Positions 1 to 11,558 of a stretch of DNA of 64,000 nucleotides are shown here, in pieces. Below the pieces are notes generated by a model. The model saw only the letters and a list, made by a program, of their open reading frames with translations. It did not search any database and was not told the origin of the DNA. Positions within the stretch are counted from its first letter, which is position 1. The number at the start of each line of letters is the position of its first letter. The DNA comes from Torpedo marmorata (taxonomy: Eukaryota), in the NCBI GenBank assembly GCA_977017645.1, contig OZ360219.1, forward strand, positions 153,574,001-153,638,000, given 5' to 3'. Position numbers and translations under genes: made by a program.

Positions 1-367
1 GCCACGATGGCAGGGGAGCAGGGAAATTGGTCAATCCTTGATATGCCAGTAAAAATTTGGCCCAGCTGCTAACATGAATCCAGGCTGGAGATGTGTTTTG
101 TATTCCCAAGAGATCCAGTCATGTTTCTTTTTGATGTGATTAATGTAGCAGATTTGGGATTAGCTGGGTATTTCCAGAGGACTTGGAACCCTTCAGATCC
201 AGGAGAGAGTAGATTTTCTGGAGTTTGTGTGGGGGCACCTGCATTGTCAATGCTCAATAGCTACAATGATGCTTGGTACTTTGTATCTGTACATTTTGAT
301 CTAAATTATGAGATTGTTGTTTTGTATTCAATATTGTATCCAGTAAATTAAGGTTCTTGTTTTATAG

Positions 368-459
368 TGTGCATTGTGTTAAAGATTCCTATCCTCCGGA
401 GCTACTTGAAGCTTGGGACAAGTATAATCAAATCAAGGTGTCTGAAAATGATCGTCCAG
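368..459 (+). CDS. HASPIN: Haspin kinase internal coding exon (VHCVKDSYPPELLEAWDKYNQIKVSENDRP); upstream exons lie outside the window
   Basis: tttatag| acceptor and |gtgaga donor; peptide matches the haspin motif VHCVxGSYPPxLLxAWDxYN...S(A/E)NDRPD; phase-1 end joins the exon at 5032. Confidence 0.93.
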
Positions 460-676
460 GTGAGAGCAGTAGTAGTTTGTTTCTATAGTGGTACAGAATC
501 TGTCTTTGCTCATGTACTCAAATGCTTTTTGCACACTTTAGGAACAAAAATGAATATTTCAAAACTTGGGACAGACAGATGTTGGTTACCGTATTTGACG
601 GCATACAAGACCCACTTTTTCCCCCTAAAAATTGGCTCAAAAATATCCCCTGGGTCTTATATGCAAAGTTGAAATT

Positions 677-787
677 GAGCAGGTTGCCGGCTACTCGCCC
701 AGCTTCAAGAAGCCCGCGGACGTGCTGCGGCTGTCCAGGAAGCGGGCCCGCAGCTTCGCGGGCCACCTTCCCTCGGGTGGCCCGTGA
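677..787 (+). pseudogene. DONSON: Captured DONSON-like N-terminal exon-1 fragment (EQVAGYSPSFKKPADVLRLSRKRARS...*)
   Basis: Resembles the recalled vertebrate DONSON N-terminus GYSPxF(R/K)KPxxV(V/L)RLxRKRARS; no ATG; TGA at 785-787 in a CpG context; not in the ORF track. Confidence 0.75.
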
Positions 788-1252
788 TTTCCGGAGCCAC
801 CTCCGCCGCATACTTCCCCCGGTGAGAAGGCCGACCATGGCGGCCCCCGCCAGCAGCTCAACGGCCGTGTTTGTAGTACATGCCGATGGTGCAATCGATC
901 GCAGCTCGACAGGCCGCTCGCTCACTGCCACCCGCCCCCGCGCCTTATTCAATTTGTTCGGGGGGCCGTGCTCGTCGAACAAAGGCTCAGCGTGGAGCCT
1001 GATCTCCGAGGCCTAGTGCTCCCCTCAAAGCAAGCGATCGATCATCTGCTCCCCGCGACAGTGGGCCCTGCCCGTTGCCCTGGAGACCGGCTTCTCTCCC
1101 TCCCGCCCTTGCGCACCCGCGGGTCCCGGCACGCCTGTCAATCAATCAGCGTTTGCACGATGGGGATGGAAGCGGCCTGAGCTTTGGCGTGCGGCGGGCA
1201 GGAGGACGTGTTGCTCGTGTGCGAGGAGGCCGGTGGCGGGCCACAAGCAAGC

Positions 1253-1363
1253 ATGGGTGCCTATCTGTCTCAGCCCAACATGGTGAAGAGCTCCAGTGAG
1301 CGGTGTACTGACAAATTCGGCTTCGGCGTCTCGGCCATGCAAGGCTGGAGGGTTTCCATCGAG
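1253..1363 (+). pseudogene. PPM1G: Captured PPM1G-like first coding exon (MGAYLSQPNMVKSSSERCTDKFGFGVSAMQGWRVSIE) with intact splice donor
   Basis: MGAYLSQPN and SAMQGWRVSxE are the PPM1G/PP2C-gamma N-terminal signature; ends GAG|gtgagt; preceded by a GC-rich UTR-like stretch; no further PP2C exons seen in the window. Confidence 0.88.
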
Positions 1364-1399
1364 GTGAGTGAAGGCACACACATGCGCGTTATCTGCAAG

Positions 1400-1432
1400 G
1401 GGCCTTACAGGAGGAACCCGTTTGCCATCTTA
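1400..1432 (+). pseudogene. DONSON: Second DONSON-like fragment (GPYRRNPFAIL)
   Basis: RRNPFA recalls the conserved DONSON RRNPFA motif downstream of RKRARS; the match is short and supported mainly by context. Confidence 0.5.
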
Positions 1433-1924
1433 CCCGTAAATGCACAAAAAAAATTCTTAATATTCCCTGCTGAAATGGAGGGGATCTTATATGCCCGTGG
1501 GTCTTATATGCCGACAAATACGGTACATTTGAACTTTTTTTCAGTTATTTGTAAATTTTGTGTTTTAAAATAAATATATATATTCTGATTTCTTCATGTC
1601 CTTAATGGCATCCAACAAATACAAAGCATTGAATGTTTAATTAGCATGAATACCACTCTTTCCAAAGCAGCAGTTATTGCACCAACTATTAAAATAGAAT
1701 CATTGACACATGCACAACTTAAACAGGCCCTTTCAGCCCAACTCTTCTATTTGACTGTGATGCTTATCTAGGCTAATATTGATCTGTTGCTGTGGCAAAT
1801 ATTAATTTCCTCCTTCAGTACAGCCAGAGAGCTATAAAATAATCCAATATTGACAGGAAAATTGCCGTAGATTGTGCATCGTGGTCTGCCTTGTGAATGA
1901 CAAGACCCATCCCAATTACCAGAG

Positions 1925-2205
1925 ATCAGAATTTATTGTCATGAACATGTCACAAAATTTTGCGGCAGCATCACAAGTGCAAACATTTCCATAAACCACA
2001 CTTCAAAATAAATTTTAAAAAGTGCAAGAAAAAGGCAAAGTGAGGTAGTGTCTGTGGTTCATTGTTCAATCAGAAATCTAATGGCAGAGGGGAAGAAGCT
2101 GTCCTTGTGCCGCTGAGAGCTTGTCTTCAGGCTCCTGTACCTTTTTACCGAGGGCATGGCCTGGGTGGTGGAGGCTGCATTCTTAAGACACAGCCTCTTG
2201 TAGAT
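1925..2205 (-). mobile_element. Rex1/Babar LINE 3' fragment
   Basis: RYRSLKTSSQRHKDSFFPSAIRFL C-terminus and GACAATAAATTCTGA tail shared with the copies at 36041, 39990 and 63150. Confidence 0.8.
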
Positions 2206-2614
2206 GAATAGTTGTTGGGCTATGCTCTGGATTATGTGTGGGCAGTCACAACTATCTTCTCGCCATCTCTGCATTCTTGGGGGCTTCTGCTGGACATGAT
2301 CAAGACCATTGCCTAAGATATTGGCAAAGGCTGCTGAATGGTCCATGCTGGATTCTAGCAATATATAAATTGGCTCCAGAAAATATTTGTCCAAGCCATT
2401 TAAGTAAATTCTGAGGCTGATTTTTGTTTTTTTCTCAGAGTGTATGCTTTGTGTGCTGGTTTGTGGTCAATTTTGGTTGCACCCCTTATTGCTAATTTCC
2501 TGTTGGTTCAGCTTCTTCTCAATTTTTTATTCAATTGAATGTTCACTGTCCAGACATCACAATTGAGGTGTTTTTTTCCCATTCAATAGGCCTTTTCACA
2601 CTTAGAGGAGGCTT

Positions 2615-2745
2615 TCTCAAGCCTGAAACGTCGGTTATGTATTTCTACCTTTGCTACATAAAAGACACTGTTTGACCTGCTGAGTTTCTCCAGCATTTGT
2701 GTTTTTTACTTCAACCACGGTGTCTACAGATTTTTGTGATTTACT
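2615..2745 (+). mobile_element. Penelope-like element terminal fragment
   Basis: Nearly identical to 11430-11555 (GAAACGTCGGTTATG...TGACCTGCTGAGTTTCTCCAGCA). Confidence 0.7.
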
Positions 2746-3871
2746 TTCTCTGATAGTATCTGGTGAATAAAATAAATCACGGGTGGTTTTCCCTTTGGAG
2801 GAAGTGCTTAATCATTTTGGATATAAAATCACATCATGCTTGACTTTTTCTTAATTTGTATGTTCAACTAATTTATTCACCACATTGTAATTCTAAAATT
2901 TTAATTTCCTCTCCTTACACCCATCTATCTTCATTATTGGCAATATCTTTGTTAACTTGGCGTACTTTCCACAAGTTGCAAGTTTCCTTGCCCTGGAGTA
3001 ACATGCTTACAATCTACTTCCGTCAATCTAGATGTCACTAAACACTGTTTTTGTTTGCTTGCAGACTCAGGCCTTAATTTTTTTGTATTCCTTTTGTCAA
3101 ATTATCAGACACAACTTTGTCTTTTTGTACTTGTCTTTCCTAATGCCATGTAGTATCCAAGTCTGTTGTACTACAATTCAAATGAAATTCGATGTTGCAT
3201 CAAGTGGAATTATCTTTCATGCAACATTCATCTTCAAACATCCCAAACACTTTGTGATGAAAGGAAAGTTACTACTGAATCTGTTGGATGTGGTTAGCCC
3301 ATGGTCATTGCCCCAGACAAACTAAGCAACGATGTCCTGGGCCTGAGATGTTCATCTCATAAAATTATAACTGCATTGTTGACAATGGTTAATGTTCTTT
3401 GGTCTGGATATTTGACAACTTTGCTCTGATTCTAAAGCTTATTGTCTTGGTCTACCCTTCAAATTTGGCCACTATAGTTCTCCACTTCATGTCCATTCTG
3501 AACAGAATTACTGTTTTTTAATTGTCATTCATTTTGCTCGAGTTGCTTTGGTATCATTAATTAAATAGCATCTATAATTTTCTTTCTTTCAGTAAAATCG
3601 GATACACTTTTTATATAACACTTTAAAAATTAAATACTGAAGCATAACACTTACTGAGTATTTCTGCTCATTTCCATTTATTTTCTTTAAACTCTTAACC
3701 TTTTTGCATTTTAATTCCAATTTTAATTTTTGATATTTGTAGGGGATAAATATATGATTGCATTCATATTCAGCATTTTTTCTTTCTTGCTTAATTGTAT
3801 GGTATATAAATTACCAAATATAATTTTAAGAAGTTTGACTTTAATTTAAAATGAGTTATTGACTTATTTGC

Positions 3872-4625
3872 TCAAGATCAAGATTCAATTTATTGTCATT
3901 GTAATAAAACAGTGTCATATTACATGAAATTGCTTTTGCCTGCTGTCAGGCAGACAGATTTGCCATCGACAGAAATTGCCTGAAGCGCCTCTCACAGTCA
4001 GAGAAAGAGAAGCAAAAGGGAGTTCCCCCAAGAATCACCGAGCGTCCGTAGATTCACCTCCAGCGCCTCCGCAGCCACACAGAGTCCAGTCCAAACCATT
4101 GGCAACCCGAGCTCCAAATCCGAACCTCCGACACGGTCAGGAACCCTTCAGCGCCCTCTGCACCCCCTCGCATCCGGTTCCGATACCTGGTACTCCCGAC
4201 AGCAGTCTCCAGCAGCCCACAGCCTCCGTGTGTTCCTCGCCTCGAGTCGTCAGCAGCCCACCGCATGCATGGGTCTTTCAGCCGCAGAGCCCCCTCACTG
4301 GTCTGCCGCTGTGGTCACTGTCCCGTGGGTCGTCTCCACTGCTTCTCCTTCTCAGACGTGGGATGGTCTCACCGTTTTCTGGTGCCCTGCGCCAGTCCTC
4401 CACTTCCCTGGAGTCTGCAACCCCTTGTGGCTGCTGCTGATCATAGGTGCCGCCATCTTGGGCGCAGACCCCACGGTCGCGGGATTTTAAATAAAACCAC
4501 CGTCGTCTCCTTCAAAGTCTGTGCGGAGCCAACAGCAGTTGACTGGGCGATTGGACCCCGCGGGAGCGCTGTATCTCCGCGACAGCGCTGCTGTTACAGC
4601 GGCTCCGGCAGTGCTGCTATTTTCT
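3872..4625 (-). mobile_element. Non-autonomous GC-rich retroposon with (TCTTGA)n tail
   Basis: Homologous to 50375-51355, 56139-56929 and 61028-61885; GACAATAAA plus (TCTTGA)n 3' end; no conserved ORF. Confidence 0.75.
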
Positions 4626-5031
4626 TCGTATTTTCTCATCGGCTATGCTACCATTGGTTTTAACTTAAAATCTTTGTCAGGTAAATAATTGCTGTCTGCG
4701 GTACAGTTTATTTTACAAGTCAATCCAAGCAAAGTATTGGTGAAAAAAATTGTATCAAAATAAACAATTTTTTAAAAAGCATTTTGAAGGAATATAAAAT
4801 GGATATGGTTGGAGGCAAAAACAGCAGAGAAGGATTTTTCAATTTCTACCTCAATAACTTAATAATATCAAGGATTTAATCTGTTTAAATAAACTTCTCA
4901 ATGATTGATTTCAAGTTTAACAGTTATTTTTGGAGTTAAAATTATTCAGTGGTTAAAATTATTTCCTATTTTTCCAAGATAATTGAAAGTTCTTAACATT
5001 GTATAGGTAAAACATATTTTCTCTTTACTAG

Positions 5032-5111
5032 ATGAATTACAGAATGAGCAACTTTACATCATTTTTGTATTTGAATATGGTGGTTGTGATCTAGAAAGTA
5101 TGAAAACAAAG
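5032..5111 (+). CDS. HASPIN: Haspin coding exon (DELQNEQLYIIFVFEYGGCDLESMKTK, hinge region)
   Basis: ctttactag| ... AAG|gtacat; matches haspin QLFIVLEFEFGGxDLE; phase 1 to phase 0. Confidence 0.93.
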
Positions 5112-5229
5112 GTACATTTTTCAATATTTTCTGTATCTTGCATTCATTGATTTTTCTATCAAATTTATTAATATCCAACTGTTGCTGCAAATACCTCATT
5201 CACACTTATTACATAATGCATTCCTACAG

Positions 5230-5318
5230 ATACCTTCCCTTGAAGAAGCAAGAAGTATACTGCATCAAGTAACTGCAGCCTTGGCTGTGGCTGAAACTTG
5301 TTTACATTTTGAGCACAG
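5230..5318 (+). CDS. HASPIN: Haspin coding exon (IPSLEEARSILHQVTAALAVAETCLHFEHR)
   Basis: cctacag| ... AG|gtaaac; matches haspin AKSILHQLTASLAVAExxLxFEHR; phase 0 to phase 2. Confidence 0.95.
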
Positions 5319-6089
5319 GTAAACGTGGGGAAGGAAGGAAGAATCTTTTTTAAACTTTTGTGAAATAAGATCCTAGCCTAAAATTGAATCCCCTTCAATA
5401 TTTTAAGGGACGTGAAGCACATTTGTGCCTTAAAGGTGTAGATTTAGCTTAGTGGCTTGACTGAGTTTTCAAAGTAAGGATATTGAGAATCACAATTAAT
5501 AAGTATGCAATTTGTCATCATATTGGTTACTGATGCAGCCTGAGGCATAGATCTATAGTAGATGTGAATTTAACAGGCAGTGCCTCAGTAAATTTCTCCC
5601 TTTTCTCAGATATTGTTTGGAGTTCATTCTCTTGAATTCTATGCACGTCTTCTCACGGGTAGTGAAGTTGTTTCTCAATAAACATTGATTCTTTTGTTGT
5701 CTTAAATGTCCATTCAAAGCTATGTGAAGTTAGGAATTTCTGAGTGAGTCCATAATATGATTATTTCTGCATTTTCCAAAATTTACCAGTAAAGGAAGTT
5801 TTAAATTGAAGTGTTAAATTAGAGGGCATGGAAGTGATGGGTGATTAGACCTTCATTTGTTTAAAATCTGATCTGCAAATCTTGGATGCTCAAGTTTGTG
5901 AACGGTGATTGGAGGACTTTGCCAGTTTAGCCAATATGGAATTAGAGGTGAGTGAACACTAATGTAAACACTAATGATGATATGTAGGATATCGAGTCAG
6001 ATGTTGAGCTTTAACTACAGATTACCAAGAAATACAGATGAAAAATCGAAGACTTTTGTTGAGCTCTGCAATGGCCATAATTTGAACGG

Positions 6090-6363
6090 TGCACAACAGA
6101 CATGCAACTCCATTCCACATCTAAACAGTGAAAGAGCAAGATTTGTATCTAAATATCCACAGCACTTTTGATTAGAAGACATAAAATAATGATCATAAAA
6201 ACAAGTTGATTTTGATCCTCCTAATCCAGTCGGAGGATCAAAATCAACTTGTTTTTATGATCATTATTTTATGTCTTCTAATCAAAAGTGCTGTGGATAT
6301 TCAGATACAAATCTTGCTCTTTCACTGTTTAGATGTGGAATGGAGTTGCATGTCTGTTGTGCA
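6090..6363. repeat. Long near-perfect inverted repeat (foldback)
   Basis: 132-bp arms (6090-6221 and 6232-6363) with one mismatch seen; 10-nt loop TAATCCAGTC. Confidence 0.92.
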
Positions 6364-6392
6364 GTCTGCCTTAATTTCAATGTACCTAAATA

Positions 6393-6868
6393 CAGGTGCT
6401 CCCGTACTTACGATTTTTCAAAGTTACGATGGTTCGAATCCGTACTTTCAATTTAGAATTCCGATCTGTTCCTGCGCTTGCGATATGCGGTACACTACTC
6501 TCTTACAATGCTGGGTGATGGCAGCATCGCGCGAGAGTATCATATAGCATACTCTCACGCGATGCTGACTCAACCACGCTCGCAGTCTCTGTAGCGATCA
6601 CGCGAACGAGTGAAATTTATGACCCTGTCGCTTTAGCATCCCCACCATCCTCACCATCCAGCAATTAATTTTAGTTCAATGCTTCAAACATTCTTCATGC
6701 CCAGTGTGCTTTCAGCTGTGTACGTTAATGGTTTTTTCAGTGTGGAATAAAGGTATTCAAAATTTAATTATAAAATATGGAAGGTGCGGTATTCTTTTTC
6801 GACACGATTTTTTCGACTTACGATGGGTTTGCCAGAACGTAACCCCATCGTAAGTTGAGGAGCACCTG
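6393..6868. mobile_element. Tigger/pogo-like MITE
   Basis: TIRs CAGGTGCTCC...ACTTACGAT at both ends, TA duplication (6391-6392, 6869-6870), internal hairpin at about 6522-6567. Confidence 0.85.
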
Positions 6869-7044
6869 TATTCTTTCTTCGGAAATGTGGCAGAATGTTT
6901 TGCTTTCTGACGAGTGATTACAAAATTCATCTCACTGAATCATATTTTGGATCAGTATCACGTACTAAGATCCACTCAAAAGGCTGCAAGAAATGGTCCT
7001 TGTATCTTACAAAAGATCTGAAACTCTAAAAAAATTATACAATA

Positions 7045-7610
7045 CACAAACGTGCTGGAGAAACTCAGCAGGTCACGCAGTAAAGGGTAACCAATGTTTC
7101 TGGCCTGAGCCCTTTATCAGGTATAAGCAAAAACAGGCATACACCTGAATAAAAAGAGGAGGGAGGGAGGAGTACAGGCTAACAGGTAGAAGTTCATGGG
7201 TGGATACAGGTGGGAGGGTAGAAGAGAATAAAGCTCAGAAGCAATAGGGTAGCTCTCTGATGAGGGAGGGAATGGAAGGCGTGGGGAGCTGGAGGAAAGG
7301 AGAAAAAGCATTAGGGAGGGGGTTAATGGAAATCGCTCAGAAGTGATAGGGTAGCTCTCTGATGGGGGAGGGAAGGGAAGGCGTGGGAGCTGGAGGAAAG
7401 GAGATATAGCATTAGGGAGGGGGTTAATGGAAATCGGAGAAGTAGATGTAAATGCAATGTGGTATGGAATGTAAGGTGTTGTTACTCTATTTTGCGGGTA
7501 GCCTCGGTTTGACAGTGCATGAGGCCATGGATAGACATGTCAGTGTGGGACTGGTGTGTGGAATTGAAATGGTTGGCCTCTAGGTGGTCCTTGCTGTTGC
7601 AATCTGCAGA
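7045..7610 (-). mobile_element. Penelope-like element, degenerate 3' part
   Basis: Homologous to 52190-52690 and 11031-11555 (ANHFNS/MSxHGL-coding region, purine-rich tract, terminal motif). Confidence 0.75.
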
Positions 7611-7964
7611 CTTTCTTGTAAAATAAAATTGTTTCTTTGACATTGGAATTGGCTCTGTTGGGGGGGGGGCAGTGGTGGGAGGGGAGGTGAGGAGGAGAGG
7701 CTGTTTATTACTAACATTGAGTTGAACTACACATTATTCCATTAGAAGCTCTTGACATTCCAAATCTGAGCAACAGATTTGGGGCAAAAAGTACCTGTCC
7801 TTTTGTATTACTATTTGTAGAAATTGTTGTTAGGAAAATTCTTGATTCTGCATTGTATTGTGCTTTCTTGCAAGGACCCACCTCAAGAATTTTGGACCTA
7901 TAGTATATTTTTAAAAGCTCCAATTGCTTTTAGATATTAATTGAATTGTTTGAATTCATTTTAG

Positions 7965-8107
7965 AGACCTACACTGGGGTAACGTTCTTGTCAAGAAAAC
8001 TGGCGTCAAACAAGTTGAATACAAGTTGTGTGGGGATACTTTCAAAATTAACACCCATGGATATACAGCTCATATTATTGATTATACCCTATCAAGAATG
8101 GGTAAAG
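7965..8107 (+). CDS. HASPIN: Haspin coding exon with catalytic loop and DYT motif (DLHWGNVLVKK...IIDYTLSRMGK)
   Basis: ttttag| ... AAAG|gtcagt; completes HRDLHWGN and carries the haspin-specific DYT in place of DFG; phase 2 to phase 1. Confidence 0.96.
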
Positions 8108-11030
8108 GTCAGTAATGTTAAAATATATGCTGAAAAAGCTGCCTGTGTGACTATTTTGATTTTAAATAGAGGTGTTTCTGTTAATCAATGAGACATGCAG
8201 TTTTTTTTCCACTTCATCATTTCACTAAAACTAACAAATTTGTTTCTGAGTCTCAGAAGGGAAGGAGAGAGAGAGCGATAGTGATCGGGGCTTCATTGGT
8301 GAGAAGAACAGATAGGTGATTCTGTGAAAAGGATTGAGACACGGATGGTATGTTGCCTTCCAAGGGCCAGGATTAGAGATGTCTGATCAGTCCGTAGCAT
8401 GCTTGAGTGGGAGGGAGATCAGCCAGATGTCATGGTACACGTTGGTACCAATGACATAGATAGGAAAAAGAATGAATATAAAGAGTGAATATAGGGAATT
8501 AGGAAGGAAGCTAAAAAGCAGGACCTCGAGGGTAATAGTCTCTGGATTGCTGCTTGTTCCATGTGCCATTAGGGCAAGAATAGGAAGTTATGGCAGATGA
8601 ATGTGTGGCTGGTGCAGGGGGCAGTGGTTTAGATTTGTGGATCATTGGGATCTCTTCTGGGGAAGGCATGAGCTGAAGAAATGGGACGGGTTGCACCTGA
8701 ACTGGAGAGGGACCAATATCCTTGTGGGCAGGTTTGCTGGAGCTTTTGGGGAGGGTTTAAACTAGCTTGGCAGGGGGATGAGAGCCAGAATGTTAGGTCA
8801 ATGAAAGAGCAGTTAGTGGAAACGTAGATGCAATGTCTCGTGAGACTGTGATGAAGGACAGGCAGTGGAAGGAACATAAATGGATGGGTTGAAATGTGTG
8901 TACTTTAATGTAAGAAGTATTAGGAATAAGGGTGATGAACTTAAAACATGGATCAGTACATGGAATTATGAAGTGGCTGATACAGAAACTTGGCTGATGC
9001 AAGGACAGGATAGGCTGATGCATGTTTTGGGCTTTAGATGTTTTAAAAGGGATAGGGAGGGAGATGAAAGAGAGGGGATGTGGCATTGCTAATCACGAAT
9101 AGGATCACAGCTGCAGAAAGAGAGGTCGTTGAGGAAGGATCAACAACTGAATCAGTGTGGTGGAAGTCAGAAACTGGAAGGGAGCAATCATTTTATTGGG
9201 AATAGTCTATAGGTTCCCAAAGAGCCGCCAGGCCATTGACAAGCAGATATGGAGGCAGATTTTAGAAAGGTACAAAAATAACAGGGAAATTGTTGTGGGA
9301 GACTTCAACTTCCCTAATATTGACTGGCACCTCCTAAATGCAAAAAGTTCAGATGGGGAAGAATTTGTCAGATTCATCCAAGAAGCATTCCTGACGCAGT
9401 ATGTGGACAAGCCAACTAAAGGAGAGGCCATACTGGATCTAGTACTTGGTAATGAACCTGGTCAGGTGACAGACCTCTCAGTGGGTGAGCATTTTGGAAA
9501 CAGTGACCATAACTCCCTGACCTATAGTTATGGACAAGGATAGTAGACAAAATGGAAAAGTATTTAATTGGGGAAGGTCTAATTACATTGGGATTAGGTA
9601 GAAATTTATGAGAGTAAATTGGGAACAGATGTTCTCAGGGAAATGCACAGCAGAAATGCAGAGGATGTTTAGGGACCACTTGTGTGGGGTTCAGGGCAGA
9701 TTTGTCCCACTGAGACAGGGAAAAGATGGTAGGGTAAAGGAACCATGGTGGACAAGAGAGGTGGAACAGCAAGTCAGCAAGAAGGAAGTAAATGTCAAGA
9801 AGGGCCCATGAGATTTGTATGGTAGCTAGGAAAGAACTTCAGGACGGGAGACCGAGAAGTGGGGGTGGGGGAGGGGTCACAAGAAGGCCTTGGCAAATAG
9901 GATTAAGGAAAACATTAATGTATTCTGCATGTACGTAAGGAACAGAAGGATGATGAGAGTGAGGGAAGGTCCACCTCGGGATCAAGGTAAAATGTGACTG
10001 GAGCGAGAAGAGGTCCTCAATGAATACTTTTCTTCAGTGTTCACTTATGAAAAGATGTTGGTCAATGTGAGGTCCGTGTGGTACAGGCTAATATGTCTGG
10101 AGCACGGTGAGGTTGAAAAAGAGGAAGTGCTGGATCTTTTTAAACTATTTGGATATGTGACCTGATGAGATATACCCAGGTCACTACAGGAAGCGAGGGA
10201 AGATATTGCTGGGGCATTGGAAATAATCTTTGCATCCTTCCTGGCCACAGAAGAGGTGCCAGAGGATTGGAGATTGGCAAATGTAGTTCCCTTGTTTAAG
10301 AAAGGTAATGTGGCAAATCTTGGGAATTATAGATGTGGAGGATTCTTGGAGACAGGATTTATGAATATTTAGAGAAGCACGGTCTTCTTATGGATAGTCA
10401 GGATGGCTTTGATAACCTCATGAGCCTAATTGAGTTTTTTGAGAAGGTGATGTAAGAAATTGATGAAGGTAGGGCAGTGGATGTGCTGCGTATGGATTTC
10501 AGTAAGGCGTTTGACAAGGTCCTCCAAGCTAGGCTCATTCAGAAAATCATGAGTCATGGGATCCATGGAATCTTGGATGCATGGATTAGGAATTGGCTTG
10601 GCTGCAAGTGGAAGTAAAGGGAATGTATTCTGCGTGGAGGTCAGTGACGTGTCGTTCTGTAGGGATCTGTTCTGGGACCCCACCTCTTTGTGATTTTTAT
10701 GATTGATTTGGATGAAGAAGTGGAAGGGTGGGTCAAAAAGTTTGCAGGTGACACAAAGGTTGGAGGTGTGGTAGTGTAGAAGGTTGTTGTAGGTTGTAAT
10801 GGGATTCAGACAGAATGCAGATATGGGAGTTCAATCCAGATAAGTGTGAAGTGATGCACTTTGGGTGGTCAAATGTGAGGGGGAGTATGTGGTCAATGGC
10901 AGGATTCTTAACAGAGTAGAGGAACAAAGGGATCCATAGATCCATCAAGGTTAACGCACAAATTGATAGAATGGTTAAGAAGGCATATGGTGTGCTGGTC
11001 TTCATTAGTGGAGGAATTGAATTCAAGAGC

Positions 11031-11558
11031 CGTGAGCACCTCCTCTCTGTCCGCAACCACAGCGTCCTCCTAGTAGCCAACCATTTCAATTCTGGGTCAC
11101 ACTCCCAGACTCACATGTCTGTCCATGGCCTTTTGCACCTGACCACCCGCAGATTGGAGGAACAACACCTTTTCTTCTGTCTGGGCACTCTCCAGCCAAA
11201 TGGCATTAACATTGATTTCTCTGCTTGCTCACCTTTTCTTTCCCCTCCCCCTTTCCTATCTTTCCAGTTCTCCCCTCCCTTCCTCCTTACCCACCCAGCC
11301 ATCCCTCCTCCCCCTCATTGCTGCTGTCCCCTCCCTCCCCTCATCCACCTCTCATCTCCTGCCTTTGCCAACCCCCCCTACCCTTTTGTTCGGACGCCTG
11401 CCGGCATTCTCTCATACCTTGATGAAGGCTCAAGCCCGAAACGTTGGTTATGTATTTCTACCTTTGCTACATAAAAGACACTGTTTGACCTGCTGAGTTT
11501 CTCCAGCATTTTGTGTTTTTTACTTCAACCACGGTGTCTACAGATTTTCGTGATTTAC
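11031..11558 (+). mobile_element. Penelope-like element, 5'-truncated, inserted in CR1
   Basis: EHLLSVR...VANHFNS...RRLEEQHLFFCLGTLQPNGINIDF (GIY-YIG C-terminal region); imperfect duplication agccgtgag/agacgtgag. Confidence 0.8.

Larger units (their letters stand above)
589..1523. mobile_element. Non-autonomous Tc1/mariner-superfamily (pogo/Tc2-like) DNA transposon carrying captured host gene fragments (Pack-TIR)
   Basis: 26-bp TIRs CCGTATTTGACGGCATACAAGACCCA vs reverse complement of the right end CCGTATTTGTCGGCATATAAGACCCA (2 mismatches); TA on both sides (587-588, 1524-1525); subterminal TCTTATATGC repeats; GC-rich interior with no transposase. Confidence 0.9.

Noticed and set aside
518-1016. 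154-164 aa ORFs over the Pack-TIR
   Set aside because: These are shadow frames of GC-rich cargo; the recognisable DONSON peptide is in another frame.
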